From: Chiloscyllium plagiosum | Lineage: Eukaryota | Length of the DNA: 64,000 bases | Direction of reading: 5' to 3' | Assembly: GCF_004010195.1 (NCBI RefSeq) | Contig: NC_057718.1 | Location: 43,718,280-43,782,279, forward strand | Shown: positions 27,122 to 40,755 of the stretch, in pieces | Position numbering within the stretch: the first letter of the stretch is position 1 | How the letters are laid out: the number at the start of each line of letters is the position of its first letter | The notes under the pieces: generated by a model | Databases searched by the model: none | What the model was told of the DNA's origin: nothing | The model's input: the letters and a program-made list of their open reading frames with translations, nothing else | Made by a program: the position numbers and the translations under genes

Positions 27122-29045
27122 ATAGAGTCATAGAGTCATAGAGATGTACAGCATGGAAACAGACACTTCGATCCAACCTGTCCATGCTGACTAGATATCC
27201 CAACCCAATCTAGTTCCACCTGCCAACACCCAGCCCATATCCCTCCAAACCCTTCCCATTCATATACTCACCTAAATGTCTTTTAAACTGTACTAGCCTC
27301 CACCCCTTCCTCCGGAACCTCATTCCATATATGTACCACCCTCTGCATGAAAAAGTTGCTCCTTAGGTCTCTTTTATATCTTTCCCCTCTCACCCTGAAC
27401 TTATGCCCTCTAATTCTGGAGTCCCCCAACCCAGGGAAGAGACTTTGTCTATTTATCCAATGCATGCCCCTCATGATTTTGTAAACCTCTAAAGGGTTAC
27501 CCCTCAGCCTCCAGTGCTCCAGGGAAAACAGCCCCAGCCTGTTTAGCCTCTCCCTCCAACCCTGGCAAATCCTCCAACCCTGGCAACATCCTTGTAAATC
27601 TTTTCTGAATCTTTTCAAGTTTCACAGCATTTTCCGATTGGAAGGAGACCAGAATTGCACACAATATTCCAACAATAGTCTAACCAATGATCTCCCAACT
27701 GCTGTACTCAATACACTGACCAATAAGGGAAAGCATAGGAAATGCCTTCTTCACTATCTATCTACCTGCGACTCCACTTTCAAGGAGCTATGAACCTGCA
27801 CTCCAAGGTCTCTTTGTTCAGCAAAACTCCCTTTGCCCATCTGATCAAGATCCCATTGTAATCTGAGGTAACCTTCTTCACTGTACACTGCACCCCCAAT
27901 TTTGGTGTCATCTGCAAACTTACTAACTATACCTCTTATGCTCACATCCAAATCATTTGTATAAATGACAAAAAGTAGAGGACCCAGCAATGATCCTTGT
28001 GGCACTCCACTGGTCACAGGCATCCAGTCTGAAAAACAACCCTCCACCACCACTTTCTGTCTTCTACCTTTGAGCCAGTTCTGTATCCAAATGGCTAGTT
28101 CTCCCTGTATTCTGTGAGATCTAACCTTGCTAACCAGTCTCCCATGGGGAACCTTGTCAAATGCCTTACTGAAGTCCAAATAGATCACATCTACTGCTCT
28201 GCCCTCATCAATCCTTTTTGTTATTTCTTCAAAAAACTCAATCAAGTTTGTGAGACATGATTTTCATACAAAGATATGTTGGCTATCCCTAATCAGTCCT
28301 TGCCTTTCCAAGTACATGTACATCCTGTCGCTCAGGATTCCCTCCAACAACTTGCCCACCACCGACATCAGGCTCACTGGTCTTGAGTTCCCTAGCTTGT
28401 TCTTGCCACCTTTCTTAAACAATGGCACCATGTTAGCCAATCTCCAGTCTTCCGGCACCTCGCCTGTCACTATCGATGATACAAATATCTCAACAAGAGG
28501 CCCAGCAATCACTTCCCTAGCAGTCCACAGAGTTCTAGGGTACACCTGATCAGGTCCTGTGGATGTATCCACTTTTATGCATTTCAAGACATCCAGCACT
28601 TCCTCCTCTGTAATATAGATGATGACATCTTGAAAAATGTCCATGTCCCTACATTCTATATCTTCCATGTCCTTTTCCACAGTAAATACTGATGCAAAAT
28701 ACTTGTTTAGTATATTCCCCCATCTCCTGCAGCTCCTCACAAAGGCCGCCTTGCTGATCTTTGAGGGGCCCTATTCTCTCCCTAGTTACCCTTTTGTCCT
28801 TAATGTATTTGTAAAAACTCTTTGGATTCTCCTTAACTCTATTTGCCAAAGCTATCTCATATCCCTTTTGGCCCTCCTGATTTCCCTCTTAAGTATACTC
28901 CTACTGCCTTTATACTCTTCTAAGGATTCACTCAATCTAGACCTGATATATGCTTCCTCCTTTTCTTAACCAAACCCTCAATTTCTTTAGACATCCAGCA
29001 TTCCCTGAACTTACCAGCCTTTCCTTTCACCCTAACAGGAACGTA
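27122..29045 (-). mobile_element. 5'-truncated CR1/HER1 LINE with internal deletions
   Basis: VDVIYLDFSKAFDKVPH...SGVPQGSLLGPLLF...SKFADDTKIGG; very similar to the 16359 copy; (gagtcata)n tail. Confidence 0.9.
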
Positions 29046-29834
29046 CTTTATAATGCCTTAAAGTCTTGCAATTCTAACCCTGTTAGTCATTTTAACTTTA
29101 ACTTGAACTATAGCAACATTTGTTTTCCACTCTGTTTTGTGTCTTCCACTTTTGCTTCCTACCTTTCTGTCTTTTGTTTCTATCTTTGTTTCCTCCTTGT
29201 CTATCTCCCTACTCACATTCCCATTCCCTTACCATTTTAACTTAAACTGTCTCCAACAGTAACCCCCCCACCCAAAGGACATAGGTCTCTGTCCTGCCCA
29301 AATGCAACTGATCTTGCTTGTTCACCTAATTTAAGTTTCAAATGAACCCTTTCAAACATTATCATTTACATACTTTAAGTTCAATAATGATATACCATCA
29401 AGCAAGATTAAGACATTAAGTAAATGAATAATTTCAGATTTTATTAAGTATAATTAAGTAAAACAGCAAAAGACAAGTGGGCTATTTCAGTAGCAAATAG
29501 AAGAAACACAGATGTTGTACTTAACAGAAATACAAGACACGCTGCAAAGTGGATGTCCACAGACTGAAAAAATCATTTCCTTCCTCAAGATAAAGCACCT
29601 CAAGTTTTCATGCCAACATAAATGCCTAACTATCTCTGAAACTGCTGACCCTCAGACAAAACTCCCTGACTAACTTGCCTGACCTCAAGTTTCCACACTT
29701 ACAGAAAATCTCTGATTAACTGTAATTAAATTGATACCTCTTCCACATCAACCTGAAGCAGGACCACATGAGTAACGTCTCAAAAATTCAAGAGAGTGAG
29801 GGGCAGAGCTGAGTATGGTGGTCAACACTACGGA

Positions 29835-31400
29835 GAAGGTGCTAGAAAAACAGAATGGCCTGAAGGTGGATAAATCACCTGGGCCAGAGGGACTACATCC
29901 CAGAATTCTAAGGGAGATAGTTGAAGAGATAGTGGAGCCATGAGTGGTGATCTTTCAGGAATCGCTAGAATGAGGGAAAATCCCAGAGGACATGACACCC
30001 CTGTTTAAAAAGGGAGTAAAGCAAAAAGTAGAAAATTACAGACTGATTAGCCTAACCTCGGTCGTGGGTAAGATCCTGGAATCCATTGTGAAGGATGAGA
30101 TTTCTGAATACTTGGAAGTATATGGTTAAGTCAGCATGGCTTCATCAAGGGGAGGTCATGCCTCACAAATCTGCTAGAATTCTTTGAGTAAGTAACAAGC
30201 AGGTTAGACCAAGGAGAGCCAATGCATGTTATCTACCTGGACTTCAAGCAGGCCTTTGACAAGGTAATGCAGAGGAGGCTACTGAGTAAGATAAGGGCCC
30301 ATGGTGTTAGAGACAAGGTGCTAGGATAGGAGATTGGCTCTCTGGCAGAAAGCAGAGAGTGGGGATAAAAGGGTCTTTCTCAGGATGGCAGCCTGTAACA
30401 GGTAGTGTTCCACAAGGCTCAGAGTTGGGACCATAACTTTTCACTTGATACATTAACGATCTAAATGTAGGAACTGAGGGCACCCTGGCTAAGTTTACAG
30501 ACAATACAGAGATAGGTAGAGGGACAGGTAGCATTGAGGAGGCAGGGAAGCTGCAGAAGGATTTGGACAGGTTAGGAGAATGGGTAAAGAAGTGGCAGAT
30601 GGAGTACATTGTGGGAAAGTATGAGGTCATGCACTGTGGTAGGAAGAATAGAGGCATTTTCTAAATGGGGAGAAAATTCAGAAGTCTGAAGTACAGAGAC
30701 TTGGGAGTTCAAGTCCAAGATTCTCTCAAGGTAAACTTACAGGTTAAGTCAGTAGTTAGGAAGACCAATGCAATGATGCCATTTATTTTGAGATGGCTTG
30801 AATATAAAAGCTGGGATGTACTTCCGAAGCTCTGTAAGGCACTAATCAGACCATTTGGATTATTGTGCGCAGTTTTGGGTCCCATTTCTCAGGAAGGATG
30901 TACTACCCTGGAGTGTGTTCAGAGGAGGTTCACGAGAATGGTTCAAGGAATGAAAAGCTTAACATATGTGGAAAGTCTTCAAACTGGGTTTATACTCAAT
31001 GGAGTTTAGAAGGATGAGAGGGGATGTAATTGAAACATACAGAATACTGAATGGATTGGACAGAGTAGATGTTGGAAGATGTTTCCATTGGTAGGAAGGA
31101 CTAGAAACCAAGTACATGGCCTTAGAGTAAAGGGAAGATCTTTTAGAACAGAGATGAGGAGAAACATCTTCAGCCAGAGAGTGGTGAATCGTTGGAATTC
31201 ATTACCACAGAAGACCTTGGAGGCCATGTCATTGAGTATATTTAAGGCTGAGATAGATAGGTTCTTGAGTATCAAGGGCATCTAGCGTTACAGGGAGAAA
31301 GTAGGACAATGAGGATAAGAACTTATCAGCCAAGATTGAATGGCAGAGCAGACTGGCTCTGAATGGTTTAATTTCTGCTACTTTGTCTTATGGTCTTATG
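29835..31400 (+). mobile_element. CR1 LINE of another subfamily, decayed
   Basis: KSPGPEGLHPRIL, ENYRLISLTSVVGK, YLDFKQAFDKV, VPQGSELGP, QRVVNRWNSLPQ; tail tcttatggtcttatggtct. Confidence 0.85.
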
Positions 31401-31949
31401 GTCTTCACCTGCCTATAATACACTTGGAGAGCTCAAAAACATGGCATTTGGAACCTTTCTTCTTTAGTCGCCAGGGAATGAACCTTTCCACCTTAAGAAA
31501 AATTATTAAAATCCAAATCACTGCGAACACAGTAATGGTAAATTTGTGTGGGTCTTTCTGTACATACATGATCTCTCACTTTAAGACTATAGCGTTCGTA
31601 TAGTGTTCTTTGCTTTTGTATCTTAAAACTATCAGTATTTGTTTTTAGTACCATGAGTGTGATGCTGCTGATTTTAATAAAAAGTACTGAAGGTGTCTTT
31701 CCTCATCATTTCCCACAATCTGTCTTTCTTCTCATGGCAATTTCACAACAAATCAAAGCAGTTACTAATGTTATTAATAAATGTAATAGAAACACAGCAT
31801 TTATTCACTAATGATTACTAATTGCCTATTTTTCAATTGCTGCGTAATTGAGGGACTTCTTCTAACAGTGTTGCTGGCTACTACAATTTGTAATTTACTT
31901 TGTCAGTGTTCTGGGATTGTTAAGAATGGACGATGATGGCTTCATAATA

Positions 31950-32168
31950 CAGTTGGTTCTGCAATAACGCGGTGTTTCCGTTCTCATGTAACCCTGTGCT
32001 ATAAGAAAATCACATAATAGCAGTACCTTTTAAACTAATGGGATCAGAATCACGTCATAACCAATACATGCTTTAAAAGTTTGCACTTTGGAAATAGTGT
32101 TCCCAATTCTTCAATCACGTTACAGGGAATTTGCAATAACGAAACATATGTTATAGCAAAATGGCCTG
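31950..32168. mobile_element. Tc1/pogo(Tigger)-like MITE with TA target duplication
   Basis: TA|cagttggttctgcaataacgc ... tgttatagcaaaatggcctg|TA imperfect terminal inverted repeats. A related copy lies at about 60228-60458. Confidence 0.6.
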
Positions 32169-32664
32169 TAGTGTATTAATATTAAAATTGTCTGTTAACT
32201 CTGCTAGATTTGCAAAATACACTTGTTGGCAAAAAGCCTGTTAAAAATAGGTAATTAAAATCTAAAACACAGCATTATTTATAATGGGGATACAGCAGTA
32301 CAGTGATAATGTCACTGAACCAGTAATCTAGAATATTACGGTAGTGTTCTGAGGATATGGGCTTAAATCCAACCATGGGAAATGGTGCAAGTTCAATGCA
32401 GTAAAAAAAAAAACGAGGGTGGAAAGCTAGTTTAGTCATGACACTATAACCACAGTCAGTTAGCGTAAATACCCACCTGCTTCACCAAATTCCTTAGTGG
32501 AAGTAAATCTGCTGTCCTTACCTGCTCTAGCCTACATTTAACTGCAGACTTTACTACTGCTAGTTTACTTTTAACAGTTAGTGCTGGACAATAAATTCTG
32601 GCCTCCAGCGAAGTTCACATCAATGTTTAAAAAAACCTTCATGTTAGAGAAAGAGTGAGGTCTG

Positions 32665-34045
32665 AGAATCATGGAGATGGACAACACAGAAACAGACTCT
32701 TTAATCCAACTCGCCCATGCTGATCAGATATCCTGAATAAATCTAGTCCCATTTGCCAGCATTTGGCACATAACCCTCTAAATCCTTCCTATTCATGTAC
32801 CCATTCAGATGCCTTTTAAATGTATCTGAACTCTCCACACTTCCTCTGGCAGCTCCTTCTATACATACACCACTCTCTGCATGAAAAAGTTGTCTCTTAG
32901 GTCCCTTTTAAACCTATCCCCTCCCACCTTAAACTTATCCCTTCTAGTTTTGGACTCCCCGACCCCAGGGAAAAGACATTATCTATTTAGCCTATCCATG
33001 CCCCTCATGATTTTACAAACCTCTATAAGGTCACCCCTCAGCCTCCGACACTCCAGGGAAAACTGCCCCAGCCTATTCAGTCTCCCCTGACAGCTCAAAA
33101 TCTCTAATCCCGACAAAATCCTTGTAAATCTTTTCTGAACCCTTTCAAATTTCACAACATCCTTCCTTTAGCAGGGAGACCAGAATTGCACGCAATATTC
33201 CAAAAGCAGCCTAACTAATGTCTTGTACAATCCCAACATGACCTCCCAACTCCTGTACTTAATACTCTGACCAATAAAGGAAAGCATACCAAATGCCTTC
33301 CTCACTATCCTATCTACCTGTGACTCCACTTCCAAGGAACTGTGAACCTGCCCTCCAAGGTCTCTCTGTTCAGCAACACTCCCCAGGACTTCATCATGAA
33401 ATGTGTAAGTCCTTAACAGTTAGTGTTAGACAATAAATTCTGGCCTATCCAGTGAAGTTCAATTCATGGGTTTTAGAAATTACTCAATGGTAGAGAAAGA
33501 GTAGGGTTTGAGTCATGGAGATGTACAGCACAGAAACAGACCCTTTGGCACCAGTATGATGGCTCAGTGATTAGTACTGCTGCCTCACAGCACTATGGAC
33601 CTGGGTTTGATTCCCACCTTGAGTGACTGTGTGGAGTTTGCACGTTCTCCTGTATCTGCATAGGTTTTTTCCAGGTGCTCCAGTTTCCTCCCACAGTCCA
33701 CAGATGTGCAAGTGAATTGGCATGCTAAATTGCCCATAGTGTTCAGGGATGTGTATGTTCAGTGCATTAATCAGGATAAATGTAGGGGAATGGGTCTGGG
33801 TGGGTTACTCTTTGGAAGGTCATTGTTGGGCTGAAGGGCCTGTTTCCACACTGTAGGGATTCTATCTATCTATTCCTACCCTGATTTGCCTTTCCAAAAT
33901 GCAGCACCTCACATTTATCTTAATTAAAATCAATCTGCCATTCCTCGGCCCATTGGCCCATTTTACTCTGAGGTTAACTTCTTCACTGTCCACTACACCA
34001 TCAACATTGGTGTCATCTGCAGACTTACTAACCATACCTCTCTTG
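32665..34045 (-). mobile_element. HER1/CR1 3' fragment interrupted by a duplicated segment and a SINE
   Basis: LINE sequence runs to 33412 and resumes at about 33874 (ctgatttgcctttccaaaatgcagcacc). Confidence 0.82.
33546..33872 (+). mobile_element. Full-length HE1-type V-SINE
   Basis: tRNA-like head tggctcagtgattagtactgctgcctcacagcac...gggtttgattccc, V-domain, and tail ttctatctatctatt. Confidence 0.85.
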
Positions 34046-34283
34046 TGGGAAATACCCCAAGGCTAAGTGCAGAAATGTAGACCATGTGAGCCTCTAAAAG
34101 AACCAGACATTTACAAGATGCCGATGGTAGCACACACAAGCGCAGGCCAGATTTACAGTAAGATTCCCCACAGCTGTTTATTCAGTCTATATTTCTTACT
34201 CAGGAGCACTTAAATAGAAGGTCAGTCAAATTAGATTGATGAAATGGTATTGGATATTGGTTGGTTGCCTTCTATTTTTCATG

Positions 34284-34431
34284 GAGAAAGTGAGGTCTGC
34301 AGATGCTGGAGATCAAAGTTGAAACTTTATTGCTGGAACAGCACAGCAGGTCAGGCAGCATCCAGGGAACAGGAGATTCGACGTTTCGGGCACAGGCCCT
34401 TCTTCAGGAAACTTCAGAAATAAAGTTTCAA
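34284..34431 (-). mobile_element. PLE mini-element with collapsed fold-back arm, 15-bp TSD
   Basis: TSD cttctatttttcatg at 34269-34283 and 34432-34446. aataaagtttcaact is the inverted remnant of agttgaaactttatt. Confidence 0.82.
34375..34412 (-). ncRNA. Minimal hammerhead ribozyme motif
   Basis: Minus strand: ttc CTGAAGA aGGGC ctgt GCCC GAAA C GTC gaa. Core intact and ttc/gaa closes stem I. Confidence 0.6.
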
Positions 34432-35169
34432 CTTCTATTTTTCATGACCCTGAACGAAAGCTTCTTCAATAAGCTTCCTTTAACCCATATTACGTTAAGG
34501 AAGCTGTTTAGCATTGCTGTGGAATTCTCTTTTCTCACTATTTTTTTGTCAGTATACCCTCCAGGATTTGTTACATTGGTTTTGAGCAAATACCTGTAAT
34601 AGATTTAGTGTGCAATATATTTAAATGTTGTATGAGATATCAATATGCAGATATTTAACTCTTTAAAACATCCTCAGATTGGTAATAGTGTACAAATAGG
34701 CTACTGTAATACAAGTGCAAGATGTTGTGCTCCAAAAATAAGTGTGCATCATGCATATTTATGTAAATAAGAACAGAATTTAGCTCTCAGTTTTAATCTG
34801 CCAGTCAAATGATAGAAGAATGTTTTGAATGTGTGACACAACTATTTTGCTTACATGGTGTGGCTGCTGTGATTTACAAACTGGTTTCTCAAATGTTTGA
34901 TACTGTTTTCCCTCAGTGCTTCCTTACTCAAAAAAAAAGTTTCCTTGCTATTTTCTCAACATATCCTCTACTAAACTTCTTCCATAATGACAGGAGGAAT
35001 TGAATTGGATTAGTGAGGTGGACCTTTGTCCATTTGTAATGATGAAGAAGTGGATTACGTCTTGTAGTTGCCAGAAGTTTGAAATAATCACACATTTCGA
35101 TTAGACTACATTGAATTTATTCTTAGATCTCACCACGTTCTATGGACTGACACATTTTGTTTGGTGTCG

Positions 35170-38018
35170 AGAGTGCTGGAAAAGCACAGCAGGTCAGGCA
35201 GCATCCAAGGACCAGGAGAATTGACATTTCAGGCAAAAGCCCTTCATCAGGAATGAGGCTTCTGAGCCAAGGAGGTGGAGAGATAAATGGGAGAAGGGTG
35301 GGTCTGGGGGCGAAGGTAGCTGAGAGTGCAACAGGTAAATGGAGGTGGGGGTAATGGTGATAGGTCAGAGAGGAGGGTGGAGCGGATAAGTGGGAACGAA
35401 GATAGACAGGTGGGACAGGTTATGAGGGCGGTGCCAAGTTAGAGGGTTGGATCTGGGATAAGGTGGGGGGGAGGGGAAATGAGAAAACTGGTGAAATCCA
35501 CATTAATGCCGTGTGGTTGGATGATCCCAAGACAGAAGATGAGGTGTTCTTCCTCCAGGCGTCAGGTGGTTAGAGTTTGGCTATGGAGGAGGCCCAGGAC
35601 CTGCATGTCATTGGTGGAGTGTGAGGGGGAGGTGAAATGTTCAGTCACAGGGTGATGGGTTGGTTGGTGCCATTGTGCCAGAGATGTTCTCTGAAGCGAA
35701 GAAGTGAAACCAGGGACCAAGTCAAAGAACTGAAGCCAGGGGCCAACTCAAAGAATATTTTAAATGGCTGCCAGGACATTCACCCCCTCAACCTGCCCAA
35801 ACCCTTCACCCACTTCAACTTCTCACCCTTGCAATGCGCAGTCCTCCACTCCCTCTGCTCCAATCCCATCCTCACCATCAAACTAATGAAAAAGCAGGCG
35901 CAGTGGTAGTTTGGCGCACTGACTTCCCCACAACTGAAGCCAGGTGCCAGCTCAAAGACACCTCCTCCTACTGCCCCTTTGACCATGACTTCACCTCCCA
36001 TCACCAAACCATCATCTCCCAGACCGTACACAGCCTCATCACCTCAGGGGATCTCTCACCCAAAGCTTCCAACCTCATAGTACAAGAACCCTGCACAGCT
36101 CGGTCCTACCTCCTACCCAAGATTAATAAGCCTGACTGCCCTGGCCAACCCATCATCTTGGCCTGCTCCTGCCCCACCAAACTAATCTCCACATACCTTG
36201 ATACTGTCTTATGCTCCCTGGACCAGGAACCCACCCACCAATGTTCGGGACACCACCCACACCCTCCACCTCCTCCAAGACTTTCATTTCCCTGGCTCCC
36301 AATGCCTCATCTTCACCATGGACATCCAGTCCCTCTACACTTCCATCCACCATGATGAGGGCCTCCAAACCCTTTGTTTCTTCCTCTCTCGACATCCCCA
36401 CCAGTACCTTCCATTGACACTCTCATTCATTTGGCTGAACTGGTCCTCACCCTCAATAATTTCTCCTTCGAATCCTTCCACTTCCTCCAGACAAAAGGGG
36501 TAGTCATGGGCACCCACATGGACCCCACATGGGCCCCTGCTATGCCTGTCTCTTTGTTGGTTATGTGGAATAGTCCATCTTCCACAGTTACACCAGCACT
36601 ATTCCTCATGTTTTCCTTCGCTGCACTGATGACTGCATCGGTGCCACCTCGTGCTCCCATGAGGAGGGTGAACAGTTCATCAACTTCACCAACCATTCCA
36701 CCCTGGCGCTAGGTTTACCTCCACCATCTGAGACACCTCCCTCCTCTTCCTGGACCACTCCATCTCCATCAACGGTGACCAACTCAACACAGACATCTTC
36801 TACAAAATCACCGACTCCCACAGCTACCTGGACTACACCGCCTCCCACCCTGCCCTCTGTAAAAATGCTACCCAAATTCCAAATTCCACCGCCTCTGCTG
36901 CATCTGCTCCCAGGAGGGCCAGTTCCACCACAGAACACACCAGATGGCCTTTTTCTTCAAAGACTGCAGTTTCCCCTCCCATGTGGTTGATGAGGTCCTC
37001 CAGCACACCTCTGCCCACAAACCCCACCCCTCAAATTGCAACAAGGACGAAGCCCCCCCCCGGTCCTCACCTTTCACCCCACCAATCTCTGGATATACCG
37101 CATCATCCTCCAACATTTCTGCCACCTACAAACGGATCCCACCACCACCAGGGAAATATTTCCCTTACCACCCTTATCCACTATCCATAAAGACCATTCC
37201 CTCTGCGACTCCCTTGTCAGGTCCACATTCCCTGACCAATCCACTCTCCCCTCCCAGCACCTTCTCTGACACCACAGGAATTTCAAAACCTGCGCCCACA
37301 CTTGCTCCTTCACTTCTATCCAAGGCCTCAAAGGAGCCTTCTACATCATTCAGAGTTTTATCTGCACTTCTACACATGTCATTTACTGTATTCGTTGCTC
37401 CTGATGTGGTCTTCTCTAAATTGGGGAGAAAGGACGCCTACTTGCAGAATGCTTCAGAGAACATCTCCAGGACACCTGCACCAACCAACCCCACCCCGCC
37501 GTGGCTGAATATTTCAACTGTCACTCCCACTCTACCAAGGACATGCAGGTCCTGGGCCTCCTCCATCACCACATCGTAACCACCGAACGCCTGGAGGAAG
37601 AACACCTCATCTTCCACCGTGGGACCCCCCCCCAACCCTATGACATCAATGTGGACTTCACCAGTTTCCTCATTTTCACTCCCTCCACCTTATCCCAGAT
37701 CCAACCTTCCAACTCAGCATCGCCCTCATGACCTGACCGACCTGTCCATCTTCCTTCCCACCTATCCGTTCCACCCTTCTCTCCAACCTATCACCATTAC
37801 CCCCACCTCTGTCTACTTAATGCACTCTCAGCTACCTTCCCTTCAGCCCCTACCCATTTATCTCTCCACCTCCTTGGCTCACAGCCTCTTTCTTGATGAA
37901 GGACTTTTGCCCGAAACGTCAATTTTCCAGCTCCTTGGATGCTGCCTGACCTGCTGTGCTTTTCCAGCACCACACTCTCAACTCTGATCTCCAGCATCTG
38001 CAGTCCTCACTTTCTCCT
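35170..38018 (+). mobile_element. Decayed Penelope-like retroelement (RT + GIY-YIG) with an inverted 5' copy of its 3' end
   Basis: RT motifs YLLPKINKP, LIFTMDIQSLYTSI, LTLNNFSFES...QTKGVVMGT. GIY-YIG remnant HVIYCIRCS*CGLL*IGE. 35170-35698 is an inverted copy of the element's 3' region. Many frameshifts. Confidence 0.88.
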
Positions 38019-39309
38019 CACACATTTTGTCTGGTACCTTGTCTGTTGGGCAGTAGAGAGCACTGTGACGTTTTGATTTCATTTGTATACATGAGTATAG
38101 CAGTCCAATTCTTCAATCATTTTGGGTTAGCAATAAAGCATGCCCTGATTCTTAGGAATGAAGGGGACCAATGAGCATAAGTGGCAGTGGGGAAACACTT
38201 ATGGCACAGTGATCATTGTTCATAATATTTAAAAGGGCAGTTTAAAAAAAGAGAGAATGAACAATCTGGAGTAAAAATAACTTGAGTGCTGACATCTCTG
38301 GAGATGAGCAGAACTGGACTGGATTGATTGATTAATTTATTGTGACATGTACCAAAGTACAGTGACAAGCTTCGTTTACGAGCAGTACAGTCAGGGACTG
38401 GAACCAAAGATTAGCGAGGAATAACATAGCTGAGTGATGGATTAACTTTACGGAGGAGTTGGGATCAGGCACAGCTAAAGTATATTGCTTCAAAAAAGAA
38501 AGGGAAGACAGACAAACCTAGAGATTACTGATTGGAAAATGAGGTTGAAATTAAGGTTGAGAAGAAGTGTGCTTACAACAGGTATCAGGTATTAAACTCA
38601 ATTTTATACAATAGAACTAATCTGAACACAAAGAATTCAGAAGGGAAGTGAAAAGTCATTAAGAAAAACAAAGAAGAATTCTGGAAGAAGATAGTGATCA
38701 GACACTTCACTTATGATTACAAATTGGCAAAGCTGGGGCTGCTTTGCTTGGGCAAGAAAGGGCTAAGAGCATATCTCAAAGAATTGTTCAGAATAATGAG
38801 GTGACGTGACAGTGTAGACAAGGAGGTATTGTTACCACTTGTGAGAGGATCAAAAACCTTTTGCACAGTTTAAAATATTTTGCTGAAGTAGCTAATGTGA
38901 GGTGAGAAAAAGCTTTTTACACTCAGTGAGTAGTTAAGGAATTCAGCTGTGGTGGAGTCTGCTTCAACTGAACCATTCAAGAGATGATACACTGGATGAT
39001 TATTTAAACAGGAGTAATGTGCAGGTTTATGGAGAAAAAGTAGCAGACTGGAACTACACCAGAGAACAAGTATGGACATGATGAGCCAAATATCCCACTT
39101 ATACATTGTAACAATTATGTGGACAAAATTTCTGTCCACAAAATATGTCCCCAGAACTGGCCGCTTAAATAAATGGATATTTATCATGTAGTCAAGGTGT
39201 TTTTTGAAGATTGTTTTAAAAGAATAATTTTGTACAATTGAGAGCTAACTGGCCAGTTAACAGATACACCTGGGAAGTATTCTAATTTACTTTTAGACTT
39301 TTAATTTAT

Positions 39310-40755
39310 TTTGATGCGGGTAAAATGCTTGAATATATAACCAAGGAAGAAATGGTGAGACGTCTGGATAGAAATTGTCCTATCGGGCAGGCATAGCTTG
39401 GGTTAATGAAAGGCAGGTCATGTTTAACTAGTTTACTAGAATCCTGGTTTGCAGGTGCAGCAGGTAATTAAGAAGGTAAATGAAATGTTGTTATTCATTG
39501 TTAGAGGGATGGAGTTTAAAAATAGGAAGGTTATGCTGCAGCTGTATAGGACATTATGAGTGCGGTGTACAATGGAGAATGGTGAATGTAGTGTTTCTGG
39601 ATTTTAAGAGGTATTCGAAAAGGGTTAGCACAAAAGGCTGCTTCATAAGATAAAGATGCACAGCATTACGAGTAATGTATTAGCAGGGTCAACTAACTGA
39701 AAGCAAAAAGTGGGGAGAAATTGGTGTTTTTCTGGTTGGCGATCAGTGGCTAGTGTTGTGCCTCAGGGATCAGTGTTTGGTACTCAATTGCTCACAATTT
39801 ACATAGATGATTTAGAGCTGGGGAGCAAGTCTAGTGTATCAGAATTCGCAGATGACACTAAAATGAGTGGTAGAGCAAAGTGTGTAGAGGACACTGAGGG
39901 GCATAGATAGGTTAAGTGAGCGGGCAAGGGTCTGGTAGATGGAATACAATGTTGACAATTGTGAGGTCGGAGATGTTGGTAGGGATAACAGCAAAATGGA
40001 CTATTATTTAAATAGTTGAAAATTGCAGCATGCTGCATTGCAGAGGAACCTAGGTGTTATTGTGCATGAATCACAAAACATTGGTTTGCAGGTGCAGCAA
40101 GTAATTAAGAAGGTAAATGAAATATTGTTATTCATTGTTAGAGGGATGGAGTTTAAAAATAGGAAGGTTATGCTGCAGCTGTACACTGGTGAGGTCACAC
40201 CTGGAGCACAGTGTACAGTTTTGGTCTCCTTACTTGATAAAGGATGTACTGGCACTGGAAGGGATGCAGAGGAGGTTCCCCAAGTTGATTCTAGAATTGA
40301 GAGTAGGCTTATGAGGAGCGATTGAGTAGACCGGAACTAAATTCATTGGAATTTAGACGAATGAGGGGGAATCTGAAAGAACCATATAAAATTATTAAGG
40401 GAATAGATAAGATAGAAGCAGGGAGTTGTTTCCACCTGCAGGTGAAACTTGAACTAGGGGGCAGAGCCTCAAGATAAGGGGGAGCAGATTTAGCATTGAG
40501 ATGAGGAAGAACTTCTTCACCCAAGGGTTGTGAATCTATGGAATTCCCTGCCCAGTGGAAGCTGTTCAGGTGACCTCATTGAATGTTTTTAAGGCAGAGA
40601 TAGATTTTTGATCAGTAAAGGGATTAAAAGTTAGGGTGAGCGGGCAGGTAAGTGGAGCTGAGTCCACAAAAAGCTCAGCCATGATCTTATTGAACTGCAG
40701 AGCTGGCTTGAGGTACCATTTGGGCTACTTCCTGCTCTTATGTTCTTCTGTTCTT
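39310..40755 (+). mobile_element. CR1 LINE, decayed, with an out-of-order 102-bp internal duplicate
   Basis: SVVPQGSVFG...EFADDTKM, RSHLEHSVQFWSPYL. 39445-39546 duplicates 40082-40183. Confidence 0.82.

Noticed and set aside
33546..33625. tRNA gene
   Set aside because: The tRNA-like A and B boxes are the head of an HE1 SINE and continue into the V-domain; no full cloverleaf. The same applies at about 57255-57318.
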